Shown: positions 1-10,914 of the stretch, in pieces
Layout: every line of letters begins with the position of its first letter
Numbering within the stretch: the first letter of the stretch is position 1
NCBI GenBank assembly: GCA_963737155.1
Contig: CAVTRN010000001.1
Span: 1,504,001 to 1,568,000, forward strand
Source: Nitrospirota bacterium
GTDB lineage: Bacteria > Nitrospirota > UBA9217
Direction of reading: 5' to 3'
DNA: 64,000 nt
Translations under genes and position numbers: made by a program
Notes under the pieces: model-generated
The model's database searches: none
What the model was told of the DNA's origin: nothing
The model's input: only the letters and a program-made list of their open reading frames with translations

Positions 1-524
1 GTAAAGCTATATTTTACGGCTTTCTGCTCCGCATAGGCTCGCATTTTATGCGATATATCAATAATGGTTTCAAGACTTAAAAGCGGTTCGCCGCCATAAA
101 AAACGATTTTTATCTCCTCCTTTTTTGACAAATCATTCCTTTTTATCGCAAAATCTACGAACTGAGTAGCTGTATCCTTTGATAAATGGAACTTGCCTTT
201 CCTTTTGCCTTCAAAGCAATATTTGCATCTGAGGTTGCATTCAAGGTTCAAGACTACAATATATTTGGCTGATCGGTCCACATTATTCATTTCATAGAAG
301 AAGGAAAGCATCTCTTGCTGTTCTTCTTCCAAACTATGCACGAGGAATCCGAGGTTATAAAGCGTTTCCTTGTCTTCCTCCGTCAGCCTGCCTTTGTCAA
401 TATCTTCTATCAGGCTGGAAGGTATAAGTCCAGCGGCCGCATTTTTAGTAGAAAAAATCAAAACGGAATCTTTGTCAGCGGCGGACGAGTACAGTTTAGT
501 ATATTTCGATAGTTTTGAAGGCAT
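1..524 (-). CDS. Radical SAM (probably SPASM) peptide maturase, geopeptide-maturase-like; 3' part runs off the window
   Basis: Hand translation from ATG 524 (not in ORF track): MPSKLSKYTKLY...LIFSTKN...IVVLNLECNLRCKYCFEG...IVFYGGEPLL. Contains CxxxCxxC and FYGGEP; N-terminus resembles geopeptide maturases. Confidence 0.85.
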   Translation of the reverse strand, partial: MPSKLSKYTKLYSSAADKDSVLIFSTKNAAAGLIPSSLIEDIDKGRLTEEDKETLYNLGFLVHSLEEEQQEMLSFFYEMNNVDRSAKYIVVLNLECNLRCKYCFEGKRKGKFHLSKDTATQFVDFAIKRNDLSKKEEIKIVFYGGEPLLSLETIIDISHKMRAYAEQKAVKYSF

Positions 525-600
525 ATGGTTTATAATGGGAACAAAAATATATCTTTGATAAGCGAGGGGGAGAGATAGGAAATATCCCCCCCAATGTTTA

Positions 601-702
601 TTAAAAAATGTCAAGAGGAATCAATGCTCCATAACAACACCCTGCATTCAGCATGTCTTTCTTTTCGACACCCTTTTTTACGACTATAATATTCTTTTTC
701 AA
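601..702 (-). CDS. Putative RiPP precursor peptide, 33 aa, MKKNIIVVKKGVEKKDMLNAGCCYGALIPLDIF
   Basis: TTG start just downstream of a strong SD (AAGGGGGTG); TAA at 601-603; directly upstream of the radical SAM gene; Cys-Cys core after a charged leader. Confidence 0.75.
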   Translation of the reverse strand: MKKNIIVVKKGVEKKDMLNAGCCYGALIPLDIF

Positions 703-2361
703 GAGTCTCACCCCCTTTCTTGTAATTTATCATCCCTCACATGAGGATATTGAAGCTAGAATTTATATCGTATCCCAGCTTCCAACCAACGCCCTGGATT
801 ATTGTATACATTAAAAAGATACTGATTGCTATCGAATATATTATGGATATCAAAGAGAGCTTCTACAGACTGATCTTTATTTAAATAGAGATTTTTAATA
901 ACATGTAAATCAACAATGAAAGAATCATATTCTCCTTGATTCGATGGACTTGCATTCCAGTAGATATAATGTCCTTGCAATCGAACCTTGAGGGATTGCT
1001 CAACGTCATATTGGAGGCCTATGTCATAGGTCCTCTGCGGGTCATTCGGTATAGCCTGGCCAGTAAGCTGGTCCTTCGCCGTCATAAAAGCCGCGCCCGC
1101 GCTAAGTGAAGTATGGTAGACAGGCAGAGTCTTCATTTCTAATTCCATCCCTTGTATTCGTTCTTGTCCGCTGTTTTCTGCAATAAATGTTGAGTTTGAA
1201 AGCTGGTCCGTTACAAGTGCGTCTTTTATATCATGCCTGAATAGGGAAAGTTTAAGCCAAACATACGGCAAATCCGTCGACTCCATACCCATTTGATAAG
1301 ACCACACCTGCTCCATCTTCAAGTCAGGGTTTGCTACGTGTAATAAACCGTCTCCATACGTTGTCGCAAGGGGGGGAATATTGAAACCGCGGGCGGAAGA
1401 GGCGCGTAACAGGGTGTTGTCCGTGATTTTGTAAGTTATGCCGAGGCTTGGGCTTGTGAAGTTCCCGTTTGTATTTGTTACATCATAACGAATTCCCGGA
1501 GTTATGGACAGTTTATCTATTGATATGGTGTCGTTAATAAAATAAGCATCTCTTTTTATTCCTTGCTCGCCGTCGGCAATCGCATTTGACACTAATTTTC
1601 TGGAATCCAGGTCTGAGCCCAGAACAACGTTATTGTATTGCTGTTTCCAGATTAATTTTGCACTCGTACCGTACCCCGTATCCACGTAGCGGTCCTGTGA
1701 AAGCTCCGAGCCGGTGCTTAACTGATCGTCATTAAAAACGAAATCCTGTCGCGATGACCAAGCAGACAAATCGAATTCGGTATCACTACTGACCATTGAC
1801 TTCATTGACAAAGTTGTAAATAAGGTTTCAATGTCATTATTAACCGCGAGGTCGAAACTAGGGAGTTCGACAACACCACGCGACAGGTTGTTATAGTTCA
1901 TCGTAAATATTAAGCTTGTGTCTTTTGTTAAATCATAATTCAGTTTCGCATAAGCGTTATTCCCATCATAGCTATTATTGGGCCTGAACCCATCGGTTTG
2001 CAATCTGCCAGCGGTCACATAGTATCCAAATTGGTGCTGTTCGCCTAAGGTTTCTATTCTTAGGTCCTGCGTATTTCTCTCGCCATAGGTAGCCGATATT
2101 GTTCCGTTGACGCCGGTCCCGCTGCCCGACTTTGTGATAATATTTATAACACCGCCAAGCGCAGAGCCCCACGCAGAGGAGGCTGGACCCTTAACTATTT
2201 CTATTCTCTCGATGTTCTGAACTGGAAGCATACCGATGTCAACGACATTATCACTCAGATCATTCAGTGGAACACCATCCATGAATACGGCAACATGACT
2301 CTCGTCCGAGTCCTGAATTTGTGCTTCAGCACTACTGCCTGGACCTCCTGTTAAAAACACT

Positions 2362-3885
2362 CAGGTTATACTGTTTTTAGTTGAAATTGAAAAGAGTGGC
2401 TCCCCCGTGGCATAATCCACGGTAGAGAGAGAAAAAAGAAAGGAGCCACTCAATGAAGGATACCACAAGGAAGAGAAAAAAGGCAATACGAGGAATTGAA
2501 GAGGCATACGGAAGGCGGGAGATCATCGAACAGATGTATTGTGTCTTCGCAAAAGGGAAACAGGGTTTTGATGAATGCATGAAGGAAATGGGCAGAATGA
2601 TGGCAGAGACGATCATGTACATCGAGCGGGAGGAGATTGCCGGCCCCGACTACCAGCCTAACAGTCCCGATCTGCGGAAGTGGGCTAGCCAGGGCGGTTC
2701 CGTCTATATCGGAGATCAGAAGATCCCGGTGACCCACCCTCGGCTTCGAGGTCCGGCGGGTGAGATTGTACTGCAGAGCTATCAGAAGATGAAAAAACCG
2801 GAAGTCTTCGCAGAAGAATTGCTTGGAAAGGTGCTTCGGGGCATATCATGCCGGAAGTATGCGGAGACAGTTGTAGATACGGCACGAGCATTTGGAGTGT
2901 CCGCCAGCACGGTATCGAGCCATATCGTCGCGGCAACAGCAAAACAGCTTCAGGAGTTTAAGGAACGGTCACTCACGTCATTCGTTCCCTTTGCGGTCTT
3001 TTTAGACACTGTTCACCGCGGCGGAGAGGCATTCATCGTGGCGCTGGGGCTTGATATTGCCGGAAAGAAGCAGACATTGGGGTTCTGGCAGGGGGCGACG
3101 GAGAACCATGAACTGTGTGAAGAGCTGTTTTCTGATATAGAGCGGCGAGGTCTGATACTTTCACGACGAATCATCTGGGTTACCGATGGCGGCAAGGGCG
3201 TAATCAAGGCACTCCGGGATCGCTTCGGTAAGAAACTCATCCATCAGCGGTGCACGATCCACAAGGACCGGAATATACAGCATCATTTGCCGAAGAAATA
3301 CCGGAAAGGCGCACACTGGAGGTTCCGGACAGCCCTGGAGCAGAATAATTACGCGGACGCTCGTCAGATGCTTCTGGACATGGAGAAATGGCTTCGGGGC
3401 ATTAATGAGTCGGCGGCTGATTCGCTCATGGAAGCGATAGAAGACATTCTCACCCTTCATCGATTGAAGGTCCCCGCTCTCTTGAGGAAGACGTTGCATT
3501 CTACCAATCCTATCGAGAGCATGTTTTCCACGGTGAGAAAAGCAGAAGGCAATATAAAGCGCTACCGCGACAGCAAGATGATGCAGCGCTGGCTCGCTTC
3601 TGTCCTCTTATATGCTGAACAAGGATTCAGAAAGATCAAGGGCCACGCCTTCATCGCGGACGTGATGAAACGGATCGAAGCGGAAGAATTAAATGACCTA
3701 ACAGTCAAAGAGGCTGCGTAAAGGGGGATGGTTAGGTATGGCTCGGCCTCAGAAAACTCACATATGGCGATCCTACGAATCCGATTTTATAAACAGCGAT
3801 GATTTACACCGTTGAACCGATAAAAATACTTTAGCCGAAGGGAACGGGCCACTCAGATAATTTCAACTAAAAGCTTGACCTCGTC
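2362..3885 (+). mobile_element. IS256-family element, copy 1 (1524 bp)
   Basis: Ends defined by comparison with the copy at 56998..58521; 8-bp TSD AAAACACT (2354-2361, 3886-3893); shared IR core TTTTAGTTGAAATT. Confidence 0.95.
2453..3721 (+). CDS. IS256/Mutator-family DDE transposase
   Basis: 422 aa; VFLD, VTDGGKG, QRCTIHK and STNPIES motifs. Confidence 0.95.
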   Translation: MKDTTRKRKKAIRGIEEAYGRREIIEQMYCVFAKGKQGFDECMKEMGRMMAETIMYIEREEIAGPDYQPNSPDLRKWASQGGSVYIGDQKIPVTHPRLRGPAGEIVLQSYQKMKKPEVFAEELLGKVLRGISCRKYAETVVDTARAFGVSASTVSSHIVAATAKQLQEFKERSLTSFVPFAVFLDTVHRGGEAFIVALGLDIAGKKQTLGFWQGATENHELCEELFSDIERRGLILSRRIIWVTDGGKGVIKALRDRFGKKLIHQRCTIHKDRNIQHHLPKKYRKGAHWRFRTALEQNNYADARQMLLDMEKWLRGINESAADSLMEAIEDILTLHRLKVPALLRKTLHSTNPIESMFSTVRKAEGNIKRYRDSKMMQRWLASVLLYAEQGFRKIKGHAFIADVMKRIEAEELNDLTVKEAA

Positions 3886-4400
3886 AAAACACTTGCACGC
3901 CTGTGACAGTATTTAACACGTCTGCGACAGTATGAGCGTTCATATTTTTGATATCTTCTGCTGTAATAACGGTCACATTTTCCGCGGTCTGTGCTAGAGA
4001 TGTTTTACCGCGTGTCGGCGATTCTACATCAAGATCCTCTTCTTTATAATAAATCAGGAGTTCCTTTTTGTCTTCATCGTTTTCAGCATATACAATAGAT
4101 GAGAACATAAATAAGAAACTAGCGAAGGCTAGAAGGACGCTGATGAGATAGAAGAAGGCTTTCATAACGTTTATCCGTAAAGGAGTGTCAACTGAGCATA
4201 TCGTTGAAGGAAAGGCATTAATAATTCAGAGAATCTAACAATAATATTTGATCAGTCGATGTTATAAAACAGTGAAATATTATGTTTTTAACATTTAAGT
4301 GCGAGTATATTCAGCGCTTCAAATATTGTCAAGATTTATCGCACGAGCCGGGTTATTTCACGCGGAAAATATTGCAATCAAAGCAAGGTATTTGGAAGCT

Positions 4401-4449
4401 AAAACTAGGGAATCCCTTGGTTGATTTTATAGTTCATGATTAAAATACT
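4401..4449 (+). promoter_or_regulatory. Dispersed promoter module copy 1
   Basis: AAAACTAGGGAATCCCTTGG followed by TTGATT-17nt-AATACT; upstream of rhs1. Confidence 0.5.
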
Positions 4450-4608
4450 TGTCGCTACTTGAAATTAAAATGGAACTAAATCATAAAACTTCCAAATTCG
4501 GTAAACCAAAAATAAGAAAATGTAGTATGTCGTGACTCTAAATAACAGCCTTATTCGCTCAAAATATATTTGGACACAATCGTATCATTTTTAGGAATTT
4601 AGAAGCTT

Positions 4609-4656
4609 AAAACTAGGGAAACCCCGATTGCTATTTATAATTTAAAATATTAATCT
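4609..4656 (+). promoter_or_regulatory. Dispersed promoter module copy 2
   Basis: AAAACTAGGGAAACCCCGA followed by TTGCTA-17nt-TAATCT; upstream of rhs1. Confidence 0.6.
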
Positions 4657-5157
4657 GCTTTTGCTTAAAAATATTCAGATGATTGCGACGACATTTGCAG
4701 AAATTAGAATGATAAAAATACAGCATGGAATTACAGGTAATTGCTGCTAGATGCATTGTAAGCGGATTATCTGCTCAATGATGCTGCAGCTCCAATGTAG
4801 CTCCAATGTTAATTTGTAATTTAACAGAAAGAATTTAACAAGAGGCAACCGGCACCAGTGAAATTGCTACACAGAAGTGCATCATTCCCCCAATCACGCG
4901 TTTAAAATTGAGTAGTGTAGCATAATCTTTCTACAGTGATTTTCGTTCTGATCGAAGTAAAGAGCCTGATATTCTCGAACGCTGGGGACAATTCACTTTC
5001 GTGGCGAACCATATTAAATTCATTTAGCTCAATTTACCTTAAACAGAACCTTTTTGCACGCATTCCGAGCGATCTTTGCGTGATACTGATTTCTTGGCAT
5101 TATGCAATTTAGGTGACGGGATATTCCCAATCTTACAAGCTTCTTTGGTGGAGGTTT

Positions 5158-8100
5158 ATGATGGATCAGCAGAGTAGAAATCATCGCAGATTACCCGTAC
5201 TGGAACATTGCTCATTAGTGAAGAGACTCTATCTTATGATCTCAGGATTGATCGTCGCAATGAGCTTATGGACAATGATTGCAATGATATTGCCTTCTGA
5301 ATCTTATGCAATCTGTTTGCAAGGATCTGGAGCGACTGCAAATCAAATAGTTTTTTGTGATACTCAAACGGAAGCTTTGGCTGCAGCAAGTGGCTATTGC
5401 AGTAACTCGGGCTCAAATTGTTGCACTTTTGCAGTTGGAGAAACTTATTCTAACTCTTATTGTGGTCCCTTTGGGTGCGGCACCGCAGGGGGGGAGGTAG
5501 ACATTAACAATTGCGGCGTAACTGCTTATCCCATTATCTTCGGGAACTGCGACGAAGGCGCGACTCAGTCCTGCACAGAAAACTATCTTAACGGGGTACA
5601 GTGCAACGGCACACAGACCTGCTTGCCTAACGCCCAGTATGGCTATTGCGCACTCTTTGATCCGTCGTGCTTACCATGTTCTGATGGTCAATCACAGAAC
5701 TGTGCTTATACCTGTCCTTCGGGTATACAGATCACCGGCACACAGGCCTGCGAGAACCAACTGTTCGGCTCCTGTTATGCTGATCCATTAATATGTCAGC
5801 AAGCAGTATGCAATGATGGCCAGACATTGCCTTGCAACACTTACGACATTGCGGGGAATCAGTGCTACGGTGCTCAGACATGCAGTGGCGGCCAGTGGGG
5901 ATACTGCCAGCCTGGCTCAACGTGCGCAACATGCCTCGGCAGCAGTAGTCAGTTATGCATTGCAACAGATATATTGGGGAATCAATGCAACGGTTCTGAG
6001 ACATGCAGTGGCAGCCAGTGGGGACCCTGCCTGCCAACCGGCCCGTCGTGCGCAGTATGCTCACCCAATCAGACCCAGACATGTTCATGTCCCATTGGCG
6101 GGGGAACTCAAACATGCTCTTCTTCTGGACAATGGAGTGCATGCTCATGCATAGTTGCATGCCAAACTGGTGATTGCGGTAATACCAGTAATGGTCCCCA
6201 GAGTAATACCACATGCATCAATTCATCTGCAAATCTAAAAAGTGGCAATCTCACTCATAATCAAGATGTAATTACAGCGCCCAAGAGCTTGCCCTTTTCA
6301 TTAACCTACAATAGCAATGACATTACTGTAGGACCGTTAGGACGTGGCTGGACCGATACGTATAATGTGTTCATTTCCGCTGCAACGAATACTTCTGGAA
6401 GTATCTCGTCACTTATTTTGACAGAAAATAGCGGTAACAAAATAATGTTCTCTCCTTCCAGCAGCCTATATTCCCCCAGTGCAGGCAGCGGGGACACATC
6501 AACCATAGTTGTCAATGCCGACGGGACTTATACCCGCACTCTAAAAGACGGGACCCTGCAAACATTCAATACTTCCGGCATCCTCAATACAATCAGTGAC
6601 CGGAATAACAACACCACAACGTTGTCCTACAGCGGCGGAAATCTGGTTACTATAACCGATTCTACAGGAAGATCGCTCAGTATTGCAGCAGCAAGCGGCC
6701 AGATAGCATCGATAACTGATCCTTCTGGCCAGACCTACAAATTTTCTTATAATGGCAATTTACTGATGGCAGTCTCTGATCCTTCGGGCGATATATGGAA
6801 CTACACCTATGATGCTAACGGCAGAATGCTCACCAAGACAGATCCGGCAGGTTTCCAGTCGATCTACGCCTATGATGTCAACGGAAATCTTATAAGCACA
6901 ACAGACCCCAATGGAATGGTAAAAACCATGACGTATAACCAAGCCTTGAATGAGGCACAGTTTGTGGAAATAGACGGCGGGGTTTGGTATCAGTTTTATG
7001 ATCCTAATCTAAACCTGCCGACACAGACAATGGCGGTGGATCCGAACGATAACGAATATATAACCAACTACACTTATGACAGCAACGGCAACATGCTCAC
7101 TAAAACGGACCCGGATGGGGACGTTACTACTTACACTTATGACGCAAAGAGCAATGTAACTTCGATAATAAATGCTCTTGGCCAAAAAACAATCTATACG
7201 TACAATAACTTCTCCGAGGTCACGTCAATGATAGACCCCTTGGGGAACAACACCACGTACACTTACGACGCCAATGGGAATCTTTTATCCACAACTGATC
7301 CATTGGGAGTTGTCACCACATATCAGTATGACACCAAAGGCAATGAAACAAGAGCTACCAATGCCTTAAATCATACCACCAAACTAACTTACGATAAATA
7401 CAATAACATCGCATCAGTCACCGATCCGGCGGGCGACAAATCCACGTTCACGTATACTATAAACGGCAAAATGACTAGCCTGACAGATGCCAACGGCAAT
7501 ACAACAACATTAACGTATAATAACCTAAATCAACTGATTCAGGTCGTTGATTCGGAAGGAAACACGACACTATATGCTTATGACAAGGATGGCAACCGGA
7601 CAATGCGGGCCGATGCAAACGGCAATGCAACGTATTTCGCGTATAACTTTAAAAGACAGCCCACGATGGGGAAGAATGCGTTAGGTGGCATAACGAGCCT
7701 CAACTACACAGGAACTGGTTGCGAATTCTGTGGTGGGAGTAGGTACCAACTTGCTGCCCTTATAGACGCGAATGGGAATACCACATCCTACTCGTATGAT
7801 ATACTCGGGAGGCTCATCAACCAAACCGATTCTCTCGGAAATGGAATAATGTATTCCTATGATCCCGCGGGCAACCTGACCACCGTCAATAAAGCCGATG
7901 GAGCCACTATACACTATGCCTATGACGCAACTGGCAGACTGTTGACAAAATCCTATCCTGACGGCTCGACAACTTCCTTTACTTATGATGCCAAGGGTAA
8001 CATCCTCACAGCCACAAATAACAATATTTCCTATACCTTCACCTACGATGCAGACGGAAGAGTGGCGAGCGTAGCAGACCATTTTAATGATCTGGTGAAT

Positions 8101-9564
8101 TATGCGTATGATGCTGTTGGAAACAAAACGCAAACGCAATTAATTTCTCCTTCTGGCGATTCAACTGATAGTTATATTTATGATTCCACAAACAGACTTA
8201 GTAAAATTAAAGATGAGGCTAAGACTTTCACTTTTGCATATGATAAGACTGGAAAACGCACGAACCTCACTCTTCCGAACGGAGCGTCTGCAAGTTACAT
8301 ATATGACTTGTCCGGCAATTTAACAAGCTTGATAAATACTTCTTCAACTGGTACTATTATCGCAAGCTCTGCCTATACCTTGGACAAGGTTGGAAACAGG
8401 CTGACCTCGTCCGGAGTGAATGGTGAGAATTCGTACAGCTATGACGCTGTATACGATCTACTATCTGCGCAGCCTGGGGGCAACGCCCAGTATGGTCCTG
8501 AAGAATACACATATGATCTGATGGGCAACCGTCTTACGGGGCCGAAGTCGAATCAAACCTATACCTTTAACCAGGACAACCAGCTTGTCACTGAAAACAA
8601 GCAACAGTTCCAGTACGACAATAACGGGAACCTTATAAGCTATGTAACCAGATCGACCACATCCAGTTATTCTTATGACTTTGAAAACAGGCTGACGCAA
8701 GTGATCACGGCCAGTACCGACACCGTAACGACGACAGCATACGCCTACGACCCCTTTGGCCGAAGGATTCAAAAAAGCGTAACAACAGCAGCAGCAGGCA
8801 ACACAATTGCCACAAGCACATACTACATCTACGACGGACAATCTGTTTTACTTGAAAACACTGACACCGCCTCAGGCGGAGAAGTTACAATCCGTTATAT
8901 CCAAGGTCCCAACATAGACGAGCACCTGGCAATGGTCCGAGTCAATGACAATACTTACAACTACTATCATGCAGACGGTCTAGGCTCGATAGTCGCGATA
9001 ACGGATAAAAATCAGCAAATAGATGAAACATACACCTATTCAGCATTTGGTGTGGTCACGAGTGTGGGTAATGGAATAAATAACCCTTATAGCTTTACTG
9101 GCAGGGAATGGGATTCAGAAGCAAGCCTGTACTATTATCGGTCTAGGTATTATAACCGGAAGATAGGGAGGTTTATCAGCAAAGACCCAATAGGGTTTAT
9201 AGGTGGTTTGAATCTATACCGATACGTGGGAAATAATCCTATTAACTTTAGAGACCCATATGGACTTAATCAAGAACTCTATGGGTGGATTAGTAATTTC
9301 ACTCAGGAGGCTTTTACAAGCACCATCGAAAACCTATTACCTGAGTCTCTTGAAGCGCCCCTTCAAGCGGCAGGCTATGCGTTAGGCGTGCTTGATCCGT
9401 TCCCTCGGGAACTTAATGCGGAAGAAGATGCTATGGTCTTAATAACACAGAGTCAAGAGTTTGGTGCAGCTGTTGATCAGTTGGCTATAGATACTGTGAA
9501 TACAAGTGATCAACTTGAACAATTAATTAATGATGAAAATGAGAGAATAGGTAACTGTCATTAA
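5158..9564 (+). CDS. Rhs1: Rhs/YD-repeat protein with signal peptide, Cys-rich head, DUF6531-like region, Rhs core and acidic C-terminal domain
   Basis: SD GGAGG before ATG ATG 5158/5161; hydrophobic stretch ending SESYA; GxQTCxxxQWGxC repeats; LGRGW; many YxYD repeats; HADGLGS and NPINFRDPYGL core end. Confidence 0.93.
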   Translation: MMDQQSRNHRRLPVLEHCSLVKRLYLMISGLIVAMSLWTMIAMILPSESYAICLQGSGATANQIVFCDTQTEALAAASGYCSNSGSNCCTFAVGETYSNSYCGPFGCGTAGGEVDINNCGVTAYPIIFGNCDEGATQSCTENYLNGVQCNGTQTCLPNAQYGYCALFDPSCLPCSDGQSQNCAYTCPSGIQITGTQACENQLFGSCYADPLICQQAVCNDGQTLPCNTYDIAGNQCYGAQTCSGGQWGYCQPGSTCATCLGSSSQLCIATDILGNQCNGSETCSGSQWGPCLPTGPSCAVCSPNQTQTCSCPIGGGTQTCSSSGQWSACSCIVACQTGDCGNTSNGPQSNTTCINSSANLKSGNLTHNQDVITAPKSLPFSLTYNSNDITVGPLGRGWTDTYNVFISAATNTSGSISSLILTENSGNKIMFSPSSSLYSPSAGSGDTSTIVVNADGTYTRTLKDGTLQTFNTSGILNTISDRNNNTTTLSYSGGNLVTITDSTGRSLSIAAASGQIASITDPSGQTYKFSYNGNLLMAVSDPSGDIWNYTYDANGRMLTKTDPAGFQSIYAYDVNGNLISTTDPNGMVKTMTYNQALNEAQFVEIDGGVWYQFYDPNLNLPTQTMAVDPNDNEYITNYTYDSNGNMLTKTDPDGDVTTYTYDAKSNVTSIINALGQKTIYTYNNFSEVTSMIDPLGNNTTYTYDANGNLLSTTDPLGVVTTYQYDTKGNETRATNALNHTTKLTYDKYNNIASVTDPAGDKSTFTYTINGKMTSLTDANGNTTTLTYNNLNQLIQVVDSEGNTTLYAYDKDGNRTMRADANGNATYFAYNFKRQPTMGKNALGGITSLNYTGTGCEFCGGSRYQLAALIDANGNTTSYSYDILGRLINQTDSLGNGIMYSYDPAGNLTTVNKADGATIHYAYDATGRLLTKSYPDGSTTSFTYDAKGNILTATNNNISYTFTYDADGRVASVADHFNDLVNYAYDAVGNKTQTQLISPSGDSTDSYIYDSTNRLSKIKDEAKTFTFAYDKTGKRTNLTLPNGASASYIYDLSGNLTSLINTSSTGTIIASSAYTLDKVGNRLTSSGVNGENSYSYDAVYDLLSAQPGGNAQYGPEEYTYDLMGNRLTGPKSNQTYTFNQDNQLVTENKQQFQYDNNGNLISYVTRSTTSSYSYDFENRLTQVITASTDTVTTTAYAYDPFGRRIQKSVTTAAAGNTIATSTYYIYDGQSVLLENTDTASGGEVTIRYIQGPNIDEHLAMVRVNDNTYNYYHADGLGSIVAITDKNQQIDETYTYSAFGVVTSVGNGINNPYSFTGREWDSEASLYYYRSRYYNRKIGRFISKDPIGFIGGLNLYRYVGNNPINFRDPYGLNQELYGWISNFTQEAFTSTIENLLPESLEAPLQAAGYALGVLDPFPRELNAEEDAMVLITQSQEFGAAVDQLAIDTVNTSDQLEQLINDENERIGNCH

Positions 9565-9697
9565 TCATTATCGTTTATTCGTCTGACTGTGTTATTATTG
9601 GTGCTTTGCGGATTTTCAGTGAAATGGCATCTTTGTCTCGGTGAGTGCCGGGTAATCTCGGGGGGCACCTCGGCTACATCTCGTACTAGGAGAGTAT

Positions 9698-9886
9698 ATG
9701 CAGAAAAGAACGATGCTGCTGAAAAAAAATCTTAAACGGTCACTTATAGGTACCTGCGTGACATTCGTTTTATTAATTATACGTACTCATGACTTTGAAA
9801 CATCCTTACTTGTTGCATTCGCAGTGTTCTTGTCTAGTTTAATGTGGGTTTTTATTTATTATAGAAACCCGAATAGAGGAGATTGA
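9698..9886 (+). CDS. Small two-TM protein, putative Rhs1 immunity/partner
   Basis: SD AGGAG; 62 aa; two hydrophobic segments; first gene after rhs1. Confidence 0.55.
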   Translation: MQKRTMLLKKNLKRSLIGTCVTFVLLIIRTHDFETSLLVAFAVFLSSLMWVFIYYRNPNRGD

Positions 9887-9890
9887 GATG

Positions 9891-9927
9891 GTAGGTCGGG
9901 TTAAGCACACAGCATAGCGTAACCCGA
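9891..9927 (+). repeat. GTAG-type REP-like palindrome
   Basis: GTAGGTCGGGTTAAGC...GCGTAACCCGA; related copy at 25763. Confidence 0.6.
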
Positions 9928-9936
9928 TCTCATTCT

Positions 9937-10043
9937 TGAACTGCCCCCTCCGTCTAGACAATTCACGTTAGACTATAAGCAAGGATCCCCGGCCCGGGAC
10001 GGACAGAAAGGATCTTGTCATGAGAAAACAGAAAAGTTTCAGA
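9937..10043 (+). mobile_element. IS3-family left-end remnant
   Basis: TGAACTGCCCCC...CTAGACA IRL-like start, then SD and a truncated orfA-like start (MRKQKSF). Confidence 0.55.
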
Positions 10044-10103
10044 ATCTTTGAAGTTGACATCAACCAATTGGTGAAAATTGAGATCAATAATAAAGGTTGA
10101 GGT

Positions 10104-10664
10104 ATGAAAAACAGTATACTGATCATAATATCGGTAATAGTACCCTTATTTCTGTCCTCACATGTTTATGCAATTTACCAGTGGGTCGATGAAAAAGGCC
10201 AAGTTCATATTAGTGATTATCCGAAGCCGACATATGAGCAAAATAATACGGAGAAAACCTTGAAGGGTGAAAGGTCTCAGTTGACAACGACTGTCAGTAA
10301 TGAAAATGCTATACAACGCATGGATTTAGGATCAACCCAACCCTCAACGGGAATAATCAGCCGGCCTCAATTCGATCAGACAGGTATACAACGATCTCTA
10401 GCTAGTTTGGGCGAGCAAATATTATCATTTGTATTCCTTGGATTCTGTCTGTTCGTTGCTTGGATATTTGCCTTGATCGATATAATCCGTAGTAAATTTT
10501 ATGACAATACTAATAAGATTCTATGGTTTTTCTTTGTCTTTTTGCTTGCACCAATTGGAGTTATACTATATTTTCTCATAGGCAGACAACAAAAAATAGA
10601 AGTAGCGTCAAATAGGGATACCGAAATGCCCCGCAGAAGACCGCGAAATTTAGATTTGGAATAG
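10104..10664 (+). CDS. DUF4124-like N-terminal domain plus PLDc_N-like membrane domain protein
   Basis: Signal peptide, IYQWVDEKGQVHISDYP; C-terminal WIFALIDIIRS...KILWFFFVFLLAPIGVILYFLIGR. Confidence 0.8.
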   Translation: MKNSILIIISVIVPLFLSSHVYAIYQWVDEKGQVHISDYPKPTYEQNNTEKTLKGERSQLTTTVSNENAIQRMDLGSTQPSTGIISRPQFDQTGIQRSLASLGEQILSFVFLGFCLFVAWIFALIDIIRSKFYDNTNKILWFFFVFLLAPIGVILYFLIGRQQKIEVASNRDTEMPRRRPRNLDLE

Positions 10665-10914
10665 GTACAAATGCATGGCGTATTCTTGACGAAATGAAGT
10701 ATTCTAAATGATGCTAACTGCAAATACGAATGTCCTAAAAAATCCAAAAGGGACAAAAATTGTAAAATAATCAAAATTAAATGAAATAGAAATGACCTCT
10801 TGATTATGAAAGTCAACGGGAATCCAAGCACAAATCTAAAGGTTTGATTATTAAATAGAGAAGTCGATATTGCATTAAGAATATGTCCAAATATGCCATC
10901 AAAGGAGAATACAT

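Larger units (their letters stand above)
756..4165 (-). pseudogene. TonB-dependent receptor interrupted by IS256
   Basis: N-terminal piece 3884..4165 (signal peptide, plug start) plus C-terminal piece 756..2360 (IERIEIVKGPASSAWG plug motif, terminal Phe). Removing the IS and one TSD copy restores an in-frame GVQVFLTGGP. Confidence 0.93.
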
